The notes under the pieces are model-generated. The model was not told where the DNA came from. It worked only from the letters and a program-made list of their open reading frames with translations, and ran no database searches. DNA of 40,310 bases. It comes from a virus. Shown one piece after another: positions 7,939 through 16,758 of the stretch; the stretch's first letter is position 1, and each line of letters opens with the position of its first letter. The stretch spans positions 1 to 40,310 of the IMG/VR virus record IMGVR_UViG_3300043496_000020; one strand, given 5' to 3'. The translations under genes and the position numbers were made by a program.

Positions 7939-8919
7939 ATGCCCGAGCCAATTGCTGGCATCACCAATCTGGTGACGACTACCATCAACAACTACCACAA
8001 GGAGTTCGCCGACAACGTCACGAACTCCAATGCGCTCACCGCCCTGCTCAAGATGAACGGCAGGACGCGCGTCGTCGAAGGCGGCAAGGTCATCAGCACG
8101 CCGCTCACCTACGCGGAGGAAACCTTCGCTTGGTACACCGGCACGGATCTCCTGAGCCGCGCCCTGAAGGAGACCATCTCCGAGGCGGACTATTCCCCCG
8201 CCAACGCGGTCGCCTCGCTCACCCTGGACGGCCCCACCCTCGCCAAGAACCGCTCGCGTGAACGCATCCTCAACTTGCTTGAGGGAAAAATGACGAACGC
8301 CGAGAACACGATGTCGAACAACGTCACGAAGGCTGTCTATGGCGACGGCACCGTGGCCAAATCGTTCGTCGGACTGAAGGCGATGGTGTCACCGACTGGC
8401 GGTGGCATCGTCGGCGGCATCGACAGCGGCACCTGGACGTTCTGGAAGAACCAGACCCAGGACGTGGTCCGCGCTACCGGCCTGCAATATCCGGCCCTCA
8501 AGGCCGCGATGAACGCGCTGTGGCTGAAGCTGACCCGCGGCACCGAGCATCCCGACCTGATCACCGCCGACGGCGAGGTCTATTCGACCTACGAGAGCGG
8601 GCTCCAGGAAAATCAGCGCTATGCCGACGCCAAGCTCGGCAGCCTGGGTTTCGAGACGCTGAAATACAAGCAGGCGGCGATCGTCTACGACAGCCCTGCA
8701 ACCGGGCTCGGCTCGGCGCCCGCGACCAACCCCGGCGCCTTCTATCTCAACACCAAATACCTCAAGTTCGAGATCTATAGCGGCTACAATTTCGAGCAGC
8801 TCGATCTCCCCGAAAAGACCCCCGACATGGACGCCATCACCCGGCATATCGGGTTCATGGGAACGCTCACCCTGGCCAATCGTGCGCTCCAGGGCCGGCT
8901 GACGCTGTCGGGCGCCTGA
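7939..8919 (+). CDS. Major capsid protein
   Basis: 326 aa with RBS aggag. It follows the scaffold gene and is followed by a strong terminator, the usual layout for high capsid expression. Confidence 0.75.
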   Translation: MPEPIAGITNLVTTTINNYHKEFADNVTNSNALTALLKMNGRTRVVEGGKVISTPLTYAEETFAWYTGTDLLSRALKETISEADYSPANAVASLTLDGPTLAKNRSRERILNLLEGKMTNAENTMSNNVTKAVYGDGTVAKSFVGLKAMVSPTGGGIVGGIDSGTWTFWKNQTQDVVRATGLQYPALKAAMNALWLKLTRGTEHPDLITADGEVYSTYESGLQENQRYADAKLGSLGFETLKYKQAAIVYDSPATGLGSAPATNPGAFYLNTKYLKFEIYSGYNFEQLDLPEKTPDMDAITRHIGFMGTLTLANRALQGRLTLSGA

Positions 8920-8936
8920 TCGTTTGACCCCAACTA

Positions 8937-8970
8937 CTCGGCCGCTCCCAACCGGCGGCCGAGGCTTTTT
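8937..8970 (+). terminator. Rho-independent terminator after the capsid gene
   Basis: ctcggccgc (8937-8945) pairs with gcggccgag (8955-8963), followed by gcttttt. Confidence 0.75.
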
Positions 8971-8993
8971 CAACCGCAAAGGAACCGCAACCG

Positions 8994-9536
8994 ATGCAAG
9001 ACCAAGTCGACGCTCTCGTTACCTTCTACGAATCCTGGAAGCAGACCGGAATCGGTGAGGACGGCCTGCCGCTCTACGAACAGGTGATCATGCTGCGCAA
9101 GGCGAAGCCGCCGCTGCTGATGGTCGAGGATGTAGCCACCGAAGATGACCAGGAGCAATTCCACGACGCCTGGAGGCACTTCCAAAAGACCCGCAAGGTC
9201 CACGACATTTCGATCAAGGGCTACCCGCTCAGCCTCTGGCCGGTCATCTCGGCGACCGATCTCCAGACGCTGATCATCCGCGACATCGTCACCGTCGAGC
9301 AGCTCGCCGAGCTCGCCGACAAGAAGACCGCAAAACTTCCGCCCCCTGTAATGGAGCTGGCCGCCAGGGCGAAGAAATTGGTCGCCATGCAGGGCAAGGT
9401 CGGCAAGTTCGAGGCGATCATCCATGAGCTGACCGCGCAGCGCGACCAGCTCCAGCTCGAGCTCAAGGAAGCGAACGCCACGGTCACCGCGCAGAACGCC
9501 ATCATCGGCCAGATGCGTCAGCCCCAGGCTGCCTGA
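8994..9536 (+). CDS. Virion-module protein with a C-terminal coiled coil (180 aa)
   Basis: Track ORF located between the capsid and adaptor/nozzle genes. Confidence 0.55.
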   Translation: MQDQVDALVTFYESWKQTGIGEDGLPLYEQVIMLRKAKPPLLMVEDVATEDDQEQFHDAWRHFQKTRKVHDISIKGYPLSLWPVISATDLQTLIIRDIVTVEQLAELADKKTAKLPPPVMELAARAKKLVAMQGKVGKFEAIIHELTAQRDQLQLELKEANATVTAQNAIIGQMRQPQAA

Positions 9537-9537
9537 C

Positions 9538-9960
9538 ATGCCAAAGCTCGCCACCATCAACAAGCTGGTCAGCGATGCCTCGATGGAGCTGGGCATTGCC
9601 CAGTCGCCAGTGAGCAACGCGGTCAACACGCGCGACCAGGACATCGTGCAGATGGTGGCGCTGCTCTATGCGGTCGCCGACGAGATCCTGCTCGAGGAGC
9701 CGTACAAGCGCTCGCTCGGCGATGGCATCTGGATCGCCGATCGCAACGGCGTGAAGAAGGCCGAATTCACCGCCGACGACGATCTGGTGCTGTTCGACAA
9801 GCGACTGGCGATCAACGGCCTGAAGTTCCGCTTCCTGAAGGCCAAGGGCCTGGAGTTCGGCGAGGAGCTGCGCGATTTCTCATCGCGGCTCAACAAGCTC
9901 GCCGGCATCGTCAATGGCCGCGTGCTCGATCTCGACGAGGAGGTCGACCGCGACCTATGA
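9538..9960 (+). CDS. Possible head-tail adaptor / tail tubular A-like protein (140 aa)
   Basis: Assignment rests on position only: it lies directly upstream of, and ATGA-coupled to, the large nozzle-like protein. Confidence 0.4.
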   Translation: MPKLATINKLVSDASMELGIAQSPVSNAVNTRDQDIVQMVALLYAVADEILLEEPYKRSLGDGIWIADRNGVKKAEFTADDDLVLFDKRLAINGLKFRFLKAKGLEFGEELRDFSSRLNKLAGIVNGRVLDLDEEVDRDL

Positions 9961-12071
9961 GGATGCTCCCGTCCCGCTACATCGAGCCCCGCCCCGCCCA
10001 GGTGAAGAAGGACGTAGCGCAGATCGCTCACCTGTCGCCGCCGCTCAAGGGTCTCAACCTCGCCACCAAGACCAATGTCGGAGATCCACTCACGGCAGTG
10101 CTGCTGACCAATTTCGTGGTCGACGACGATCGCATCACGATGCGCGGCGGCTATCGCAGGGCGTCCGTCATCACATCGACGATCGTCAACATCACGTCGG
10201 TGAAGAACTCCAACCCGTGCGTCTGCACGGTCGCGGCCGGCGACATCGGCAAGTTCGCCAACGGCCAGACCATCTCGATCAGCGGCGTCGCCAACGCCAA
10301 CATGCTGGCCGCCAACGGCAGGCACGTCATCACCAGCGTCGGCACGCCAGCCAACACCTTCACCCTGGTGAACGTCGACACGTCGCTCGGCAGCGCTCCA
10401 CAGACGGTCGGCGTCACCGCCATCGTGCCGCCGCTGCTCGAGCCAAAAATTCCGATCTGGCACCTGATCCCCTGGCACGGCGCCGCACCGAAGCTGATGG
10501 CGGCGACCAACGACAGCCTTTTCAACGCCGAGACCGGCGTGCTGATCAAGGCCGGCTTCAATGGCGGCGACTGGCACTGGACGGCGTTCTCGAACCTGAG
10601 CCAGCAGGACTACACCGTCATGTGCAACGGCGTGGACGGCGTTTGGAGCTGGGACGGCTCGATCCTGCCGTCGGTCGACCATCCAGCCGTGACGGTCACC
10701 GCCCTGTCGAACACCAACCCGGCACAGGTCACCGTCGCGAACACTGACATCGCGAAATTCTACGAGGGCCAGATCGTGCTGATCGCTGGTGCCGACACCG
10801 CCCATGCGGCAGCCAACGGCTACCATGCGATCTCCCAGGTGAACGCGCCGGTCGCCAATGCCTTCAAACTGGTCGGCGTCGACCTGACCGGCACCACCGC
10901 TCTCACGGCGCCCACCGGCGTCACCGCAGATCCGCCGAGCACCGGCGTCGCCAAGGAGCTGGTCACGGCACCAGCGTCGGCGCCTTGGATGACGCCGAAC
11001 AATTTCCACATCGTCGTCGCTCACATGAACCGGCTTTTCCTCGCCGATGCGAGCAATCTCGCGATCTACTATCTGCCGATCCAGCAGAAGAGCGGCGAGG
11101 TGAAGATCCTGCCGCTCAACGCCTATTTCAAGCGCGGCGGCTACATCAAGGCGATGTTCACCTGGAGCGTCGATGGCGGCACCGGCATCGACGACATGCT
11201 GTGCATATTCACGTCGAACGGCGAGTGCCTGATCTACAACGGCAGCAACCCTGACACCGACTTCGCGATCAAAGGCGTTTTCCGCTTCGACGCACCGATG
11301 AGCAAGCACGCGATCGTCAACTATGGCGGCGAGCTCTACGTGCTGATCTCCACCGGCTTGGTGCCGATGTCGACGCTGATGAAGGCCGAGTCCGAGCAGC
11401 TCGGCCAAGTCGACAAGTCGGTGCTGTCGGTGTTCACGAAGGACGCCACCAGGGCGGCCGACAAGCCTGGATGGCAGGCGATCCTCAACCCGCAGAGCGG
11501 GCGCTTGTTCTGCAACATCCCCCAAGGCGCCCCGAACATCTATCACCAGATGGTGCGGCACATGCCCAAGCCGGTGTGGTCGGAGTTCAACGGCCTGCCC
11601 GCACGCTGTTGGGCGTGGGTCTATCCTTACATGTGGTTCGGTGACGACAAGGGCAACATCAACATCGGCCACACCAATTTCCTGAACGACAACGGGCAGG
11701 CGATCACGGTCGATTTGCAGATGGCGTGGAGCCAGTACAAGACCCCCGGCGTCAAGCATTTCAAGATGGTGAAAACCTACTTCACGTCCGACGGCGAGAT
11801 CCAGCCGGTCGTCGACATCAAGTGCGACTATGATTTCTCGAAGGCCGAGAACATCCCCGACGTGACGTTCCAGCAGAGCGGCGCCGTCTGGGATGTCGCC
11901 ACCTGGGATGTCGACTATTGGGCCGCAGGCCCGTTCCCCAACAGTGCCTGGAACGGCGTCGGCCGCATGGGCCGCGTCGGCGCCATCCGCCTGACCGCGT
12001 CGATCAAGGACTGCGAATTCTCGGTCACCGGCTTTGACCTGATTTACGAGACTGGAGCAGCCCTTGGTTAG
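9957..12071 (+). CDS. Tail tubular B / nozzle-like protein with two inserted ~65-aa repeat domains
   Basis: 704 aa. The N-terminal LSPPLKGLNL...DP..A..L.N...D...I..R.GY pattern and the position fit podovirus nozzle/stabilisation proteins. Internal repeats are at nt 10182-10385 and 10689-10892. Confidence 0.5.
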   Translation: MRMLPSRYIEPRPAQVKKDVAQIAHLSPPLKGLNLATKTNVGDPLTAVLLTNFVVDDDRITMRGGYRRASVITSTIVNITSVKNSNPCVCTVAAGDIGKFANGQTISISGVANANMLAANGRHVITSVGTPANTFTLVNVDTSLGSAPQTVGVTAIVPPLLEPKIPIWHLIPWHGAAPKLMAATNDSLFNAETGVLIKAGFNGGDWHWTAFSNLSQQDYTVMCNGVDGVWSWDGSILPSVDHPAVTVTALSNTNPAQVTVANTDIAKFYEGQIVLIAGADTAHAAANGYHAISQVNAPVANAFKLVGVDLTGTTALTAPTGVTADPPSTGVAKELVTAPASAPWMTPNNFHIVVAHMNRLFLADASNLAIYYLPIQQKSGEVKILPLNAYFKRGGYIKAMFTWSVDGGTGIDDMLCIFTSNGECLIYNGSNPDTDFAIKGVFRFDAPMSKHAIVNYGGELYVLISTGLVPMSTLMKAESEQLGQVDKSVLSVFTKDATRAADKPGWQAILNPQSGRLFCNIPQGAPNIYHQMVRHMPKPVWSEFNGLPARCWAWVYPYMWFGDDKGNINIGHTNFLNDNGQAITVDLQMAWSQYKTPGVKHFKMVKTYFTSDGEIQPVVDIKCDYDFSKAENIPDVTFQQSGAVWDVATWDVDYWAAGPFPNSAWNGVGRMGRVGAIRLTASIKDCEFSVTGFDLIYETGAALG

Positions 12072-12558
12072 CTTCGACCCTCTCGACGCCGACGCGGTCG
12101 CCTTCCTCAGTGGGGAGACGGGCGTCGACTTCCGCTCGGTCGATTTCGACCGGGCGGACTGGTTTTGCGCGTCTGCGCGTAACGATCACGGCGCCGTCGT
12201 TGGTGCGCTTGCATGCGAATTCAAATCTTGGTTCGACGCTGAATTTGTGGTGGCGATCGCCGACCCTGGCTGCCTGTCCTGGCGCGTCATGCACGCGGTG
12301 TTTGTCGCTCTGTTCAGCACGGCGCGGCGCATCACCGCCAGGATCGACCCGACCAACAAGCGGGCGATCGAGCAGGCCATGAAAATGGGGTTCGAGGTCG
12401 AAGGGTATCAGAAGCTCGCGCTCGATGGGTATCGCGACGCCTACGTGCTCGGCATGACCAAGGAGACCTGTCGCTGGCTTAGGATCAAGCCACGCCCAAA
12501 AGGCAGGCTGTCGCGTCGCACTCATGTTGCCGAGGTCGCCAATGGGCAAATTTCCTAA
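12064..12558 (+). CDS. GNAT-like acetyltransferase-fold protein inside the virion module
   Basis: TTG start. The C-terminal region RITARIDPTNKRAIEQAMKMGFEVEGYQKLA..GYRDAYVLGMTKE resembles the GNAT (RimJ/RimL-type) tail. No canonical Q/R-x-x-G-x-G/A CoA motif is evident. Confidence 0.45.
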   Translation: MVSFDPLDADAVAFLSGETGVDFRSVDFDRADWFCASARNDHGAVVGALACEFKSWFDAEFVVAIADPGCLSWRVMHAVFVALFSTARRITARIDPTNKRAIEQAMKMGFEVEGYQKLALDGYRDAYVLGMTKETCRWLRIKPRPKGRLSRRTHVAEVANGQIS

Positions 12559-13507
12559 GACGCCAGATCCTTACGAGGTCGCGGCGGCGCAGAGCAATGC
12601 AAATTTGCAAGGTGCATGGTCGAGCGCCATCATCGGCAACGCCAACGAGATCAATCCCTACGGCTCGGTGAACTACAAGACGATCGGCTACGAGCCGGTG
12701 ACGATCGACGGCAAGACGCAGATGGTTCCGCGCCAGCAGCGCGAGATCAAGCTGTCGCCCGAACAGCAGGAGCTGCTCAAGCTCCAGAACCAGATGCAGA
12801 CCAACCTGGGCAATCTAGGCGTCAGCCAGTCGGCTCGCCTCCAGGGACTGCTCGGCAAGAATCTCGACACCACCGGCATCACCGACTGGCAGTCGTATCG
12901 CAAGCCTGGGGAGATCCGCCAGGACACCGGCAGGACAGACCGCCAGGGCATCGAGGAAGCCATGATGGCGTCCTATGGCCGCGCCCATGCGCCACAGCAG
13001 GCGGCCGAGGACGCCACGCTCGCCAACCGCGGTCTGGCACCCGGCAGCCAGGGGTTCGGCACCGTCCAGCAGGGCCGCGAGGATGCTTTCGCCGAAGCCT
13101 CCCGGCAGGCGTACCTGGGCAGCGGCGAGGAAAGCCGCCGAGCTCAGGGCGCATTCAACACCGCCGAGGCGCAGAAGGCCCAGGAATGGGCCGCCTACGC
13201 CGACGCCATGAACACCATGCGCGGCGGCCAGTTGCAGGAGAAGGCGTTCCTGCGCAATGCACCGATCAACGAGATCTCGGCACTGATGTCGGGTTCCCAG
13301 GTGAGCCTGCCGCAATTCCAGCCGTACAGCTCGCCGCAAGTCGCGGCGGCGCCGATCGGCCAGTACATCTACGGCAGCCACGACATCGAGAGCCAGAACG
13401 CCGCGGCGAAGATGCAAGGGCTGTTCGGCCTGGGCGGCGCCGCGATCGGCCTGCTCGGGGCGCCGATGACCGGCGGCGGCAGCCTGTTCGGCAACCTGTT
13501 CGCGTAG
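12542..13507 (+). CDS. Internal virion / ejection protein (putative, 321 aa)
   Basis: GAGG lies 6 nt before ATG 12542. The protein is Gln/Ala-rich with a Gly-rich hydrophobic C-terminus, LFGLGGAAIGLLGAPMTGGGSLFGNLFA. Confidence 0.5.
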   Translation: MGKFPKTPDPYEVAAAQSNANLQGAWSSAIIGNANEINPYGSVNYKTIGYEPVTIDGKTQMVPRQQREIKLSPEQQELLKLQNQMQTNLGNLGVSQSARLQGLLGKNLDTTGITDWQSYRKPGEIRQDTGRTDRQGIEEAMMASYGRAHAPQQAAEDATLANRGLAPGSQGFGTVQQGREDAFAEASRQAYLGSGEESRRAQGAFNTAEAQKAQEWAAYADAMNTMRGGQLQEKAFLRNAPINEISALMSGSQVSLPQFQPYSSPQVAAAPIGQYIYGSHDIESQNAAAKMQGLFGLGGAAIGLLGAPMTGGGSLFGNLFA

Positions 13508-13516
13508 GAGAGCAAG

Positions 13517-14074
13517 ATGGCTGGTCCTGTCGATTCAACCTTCATGCAGAAGACCGGGCTGTTCCAGGTGCCGAAAGAGCTGTCGGTGCACCCTGGCGTG
13601 GCTAACACCGCCGCCTGGACCGACGCGCAGAGGACCGCCAAAGGCCGTTGGGAGATCCCGGTCACGCCGCCAGGGGCGACGGAAGCCATTGGCCGTCTGT
13701 GGGCGACGCCACCGCCGCCACCGCCGCCCAGGGTGCAACTGGCCAATGTCATCAACGGCGGCGGCAACAGCACAAACGGCATTTACTACCCAGGCGGCGG
13801 CAACAGTGCCTGGAGCGAAGGCGGCAGGAACGGCGGCGGCTGGGGTGGCGGCGGCAATGGCGGCAACAGCCGAGGCACCTTTGGCAATCCTGGTGCAGGC
13901 GGCACCAGCAACCCCGGCTGGGGCAACGGCGGATGGGGCAGCTCCACTGGCGGTGGATGGGGCCGCATCGGCGAAGCCTTGGGCCTGGGCGGCTCCAGCA
14001 ATGGCGGCGGCAGGGGCGGTGGTTGGGGCAGCGCCAGCGAGGGTGGCATGGGCGGGAGGGGCAGCTTCTTCTGA
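13517..14074 (+). CDS. Gly/Trp/Asn-rich low-complexity protein (185 aa)
   Basis: RBS aggag. GGC/AAC/AGC codon usage supports this frame, and it is TGATG-coupled to the next gene. Repeated GGWG / GWGNGGWG motifs follow a PPPPPPP tract. Confidence 0.6.
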   Translation: MAGPVDSTFMQKTGLFQVPKELSVHPGVANTAAWTDAQRTAKGRWEIPVTPPGATEAIGRLWATPPPPPPPRVQLANVINGGGNSTNGIYYPGGGNSAWSEGGRNGGGWGGGGNGGNSRGTFGNPGAGGTSNPGWGNGGWGSSTGGGWGRIGEALGLGGSSNGGGRGGGWGSASEGGMGGRGSFF

Positions 14075-14775
14075 TGGCTGGTTGGCTGAAATACTCCAAC
14101 GGAGGCGTGCGCTCGCAGCCGCTCAGCTCGAGGCTGGTCGGCGCCCTGAGTTTCCTGCCCGAGATGGGCATCGACATGGAGGTGTTCTCAGGCGGCCAGC
14201 CGTCGAGCGGGCCGAACAGGACCGGCTCGCACCGCCACGACGACGGCGGCGCCGGGGATGTGTTTTTCAGCAAGGGCGGCAGGCGCCTGGATTGGCGCAA
14301 CCCTGCCGACATTCCGACATACCAGGAGATCGTGCGGCGAGCTCGCGAGCGCGGCGTCACCGGCGTCGGTGCCGGCGAAGGCTACATGCAGCCTGGGAGC
14401 GTCCACATCGGTTTCGGGCCAGAGGCGACCTGGGGCGCCGGCGGCAGCGGCAAGAACACGCCTGCATGGCTGCGCGAGGCGTTCGGCGCCAGCGGCAGTG
14501 CGCCGATCACCCCGACCGGCAGCAAGCCCTACGATCTGCCCGGTGGACAGGTGGTCGCCAGCGGCGTCACGACGGCACCGAACCCGATGGCGGGCGTCAG
14601 CGGCGCCGTCGCGGATCTCGGCGGGCCGCCGCCGCGGCACAACACGCCGATCGACAACGTGCCGAACCCGGCACCGGCCGCGGCATCGATGCCGATGCAG
14701 CCCGACCCGGCGATCGCCAAGCGCAAGGCGCTGGCACTGGCGCTGATGCAGCTCAATGGAGGGATGCAGGCGTGA
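14074..14775 (+). CDS. Virion-associated peptidoglycan peptidase (M15 / hedgehog-DD-peptidase-type zinc motif)
   Basis: HDDGGAGD matches H-x-x-G-x-A-x-D (His55...Asp62), with a later GSVHIGFG (His111). This is an internal start in track ORF 13648..14775. Confidence 0.55.
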   Translation: MAGWLKYSNGGVRSQPLSSRLVGALSFLPEMGIDMEVFSGGQPSSGPNRTGSHRHDDGGAGDVFFSKGGRRLDWRNPADIPTYQEIVRRARERGVTGVGAGEGYMQPGSVHIGFGPEATWGAGGSGKNTPAWLREAFGASGSAPITPTGSKPYDLPGGQVVASGVTTAPNPMAGVSGAVADLGGPPPRHNTPIDNVPNPAPAAASMPMQPDPAIAKRKALALALMQLNGGMQA

Positions 14776-15617
14776 CACCGGCAGAGCAGTTCATTCGCGA
14801 GTATTCCGCCTCGATCGGCCTGAGCCCCGACATCGTCATGCAAGTCGTGATGTCGGAAGGCGGTGCATCGAGCCTGGAAAACCTGACGCGGCAGAGCCTG
14901 ATTGGTGGCGCCGGCACGGCGGCGCAGGAGCAGTCCTATGGGCCGCTCCAGCTCAACATCAACGGCGGCGTCGGCCAGCGCGCCCTCGAGGCGGGCATCG
15001 ATCCCCGAGATCCTGCCCAGGCGTTCCAGGCCCTCAAATTCGGGCTGGACGTGATGAAGAAGGAAGGTCTCGGCCAGTGGCACGGCTGGAAGGGCGACCC
15101 GTGGGCCGCCAACACCGGCGCAGGCACCGGCGCCGAGGTGGCATTGCCGGTCTCCAGCGATGTCTACAGGCTGCGAGAGAGCAGCGTAGGGAGCGCCCGC
15201 GACGACAGCCCTCATTCGGGCCAGCCGATCGGCAGCAAGCTCCCAGGCAGCCCGTATGACTTGCCCAAGGCACCAGCCGTGACGGTCGACGCAGGCTATG
15301 GCGGTCCTGGCGAGGGCGCGTCGCATTTCGGCGGCACCGGGCTCGGCACGCCAGCGGCGCCGCCGGTGAAGATCACGCCGCCCTACAGGAACCCGTTGGC
15401 AGGCGTCGGCGCCGCCGTCGGCAAGCTCGGAGCTCGCGGCCAGGGCGGCACGCAGATCGGCAACGTGCCGAACCCGCCGTCGATGATGCTGCCGCCGATC
15501 GCGTCGGTCGACCCGCAAGCGCAGGCCGGCCAGCGCCAGCAACTGATTGCCGCCCTGATGGCGCTCAACAGCGGCAAGCTGTTCCCATCGGCAGGCGGGG
15601 GAGGCCAGATTGGTTAA
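14772..15617 (+). CDS. Lytic transglycosylase (SLT/lysozyme-like) virion protein
   Basis: GTGA coupling. Motifs are VVMSEGG (candidate catalytic Glu29) followed by SYGPLQLN and GQWHGW. This is an internal start in track ORF 13689..15617. Confidence 0.55.
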   Translation: MTPAEQFIREYSASIGLSPDIVMQVVMSEGGASSLENLTRQSLIGGAGTAAQEQSYGPLQLNINGGVGQRALEAGIDPRDPAQAFQALKFGLDVMKKEGLGQWHGWKGDPWAANTGAGTGAEVALPVSSDVYRLRESSVGSARDDSPHSGQPIGSKLPGSPYDLPKAPAVTVDAGYGGPGEGASHFGGTGLGTPAAPPVKITPPYRNPLAGVGAAVGKLGARGQGGTQIGNVPNPPSMMLPPIASVDPQAQAGQRQQLIAALMALNSGKLFPSAGGGGQIG

Positions 15618-16758
15618 ATCAGTCAGTTTCAGCCCATATGGCGGCGACACCATCAAGGCGCTCCAGGCACGGCAGGCGTCGCTCCAGCAGAACGCGCCCG
15701 AGCTGCCGAGCGTCGGCAACATGCGGTCAGGGTGGCAGGGCGCGAGCTATCTCGCCAACACCCTGGTCAACACGCTCCAGCAGAACGCCGCCGCCGGCCA
15801 GGAGCGCAATGCGCGCACCAAGCTCGCCGAGCTGATCAGCGGCCACGCAGCCGGCCAGCCGTGGTCGCCCGAGGAGATCGGCAACGTCTACCAATACGAG
15901 CCTGAGCTCGGCGCCCACATCATGGATCTCGAGGCAGCTCGGCAGTTGGCGGCGGGCAAGCAGGAGAACTGGACGGCGATTCCGACGCCCGAGGGCGAGA
16001 ACGGCCAGTGGTTCCAGAACACTGTCACCGGCGAGCAGAAGAAGGTCGGCGGCGGCACCGACAGCAGTGCCTGGAAGCCGTCCGATATCGCCGCTCGCGC
16101 CGACGACTACACCAAGGCCGCCAGTCTCTACACGACCGCCAGTCAGTCCTGGCAGTCGATGGTGAAATCGGCGCAGATCGCGCTCAGCCCAAAGGCCGCC
16201 ACCGAGGGCAAGGGCGCGGCCGATTACGATATGATCGTCGGCTGGGCCAAGCTGCTCGATCCGAACTCCGTCGTGCGCGACACCGAGGTCGACAGTGCCA
16301 GCATGACCGGTGGCATGATCGGCCAGATCAATGGCTGGCTGAACACACTCAAGAGCAGGGGATCGCTCGACGACGCCACGCGCAAGGCGATTATGACGCA
16401 GGCCGGCTTCCGCGTGCAGAGCTACTACGATCAGGCCAAGAGCCAGCACGACTGGATCAGCGATGTCGCCACCCGCCACAAGGTCGATCCGAACGATGTC
16501 GTACCGCCGCTGGCTGAGTTCGTACCGTGGACGCCGCCAGAGGCTGCGCCAGCGGTGCCAGATCCCGACGTGCCGGCTCCAGAGGAGACGCCAGATCCAG
16601 TCGCGATTCCTTACCCGCCCAAGCCTGCCAATTGGCCGGCTGATGTCGAATATCCGAAGGAGGAAAACTGGAATCTGCTGACGGCCGAAGGGCAGGCGAA
16701 AATGATGGAATACATCAAGGTCAACACGCCGAGGCGTAAAGTTCCAGGAGTGCCGTGA
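15610..16758 (+). CDS. Internal virion protein (putative, 382 aa)
   Basis: Track ORF with a TTG start overlapping the upstream stop. The C-terminus is Pro-rich. Confidence 0.5.
   Translation: MVKSVSFSPYGGDTIKALQARQASLQQNAPELPSVGNMRSGWQGASYLANTLVNTLQQNAAAGQERNARTKLAELISGHAAGQPWSPEEIGNVYQYEPELGAHIMDLEAARQLAAGKQENWTAIPTPEGENGQWFQNTVTGEQKKVGGGTDSSAWKPSDIAARADDYTKAASLYTTASQSWQSMVKSAQIALSPKAATEGKGAADYDMIVGWAKLLDPNSVVRDTEVDSASMTGGMIGQINGWLNTLKSRGSLDDATRKAIMTQAGFRVQSYYDQAKSQHDWISDVATRHKVDPNDVVPPLAEFVPWTPPEAAPAVPDPDVPAPEETPDPVAIPYPPKPANWPADVEYPKEENWNLLTAEGQAKMMEYIKVNTPRRKVPGVP

Noticed and set aside
9666-11759. Very long antisense ORFs: 9666..11759 (697 aa), 2826..4667 (613 aa), 19175..20824 (549 aa), 31638..33152 (504 aa), 14529..15722, 1102..2175, 26878..27723 and others
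   Set aside because: Their products are Arg/His/Asp/Gly/Leu-rich with no motifs. They lie opposite genes with clear family signatures. Open shadow frames like these are expected in high-GC DNA.
12616-13605. 329-aa + strand ORF overlapping the 12542..13507 gene in another frame
   Set aside because: It is an Arg/Pro/Gly-rich off-frame translation. The 12542 frame has the better codon bias and an RBS.
13648-15617. Track ORFs 13648..14775 and 13689..15617 taken as long proteins; all three forward frames are open across 13689-14074
   Set aside because: The upstream parts translate to Arg/Gln-rich or Ala-rich strings with poor codon bias. The GGC-repeat DNA simply lacks stop codons. Stop-start coupling at 14074 and 14772 and the catalytic motifs define shorter genes.
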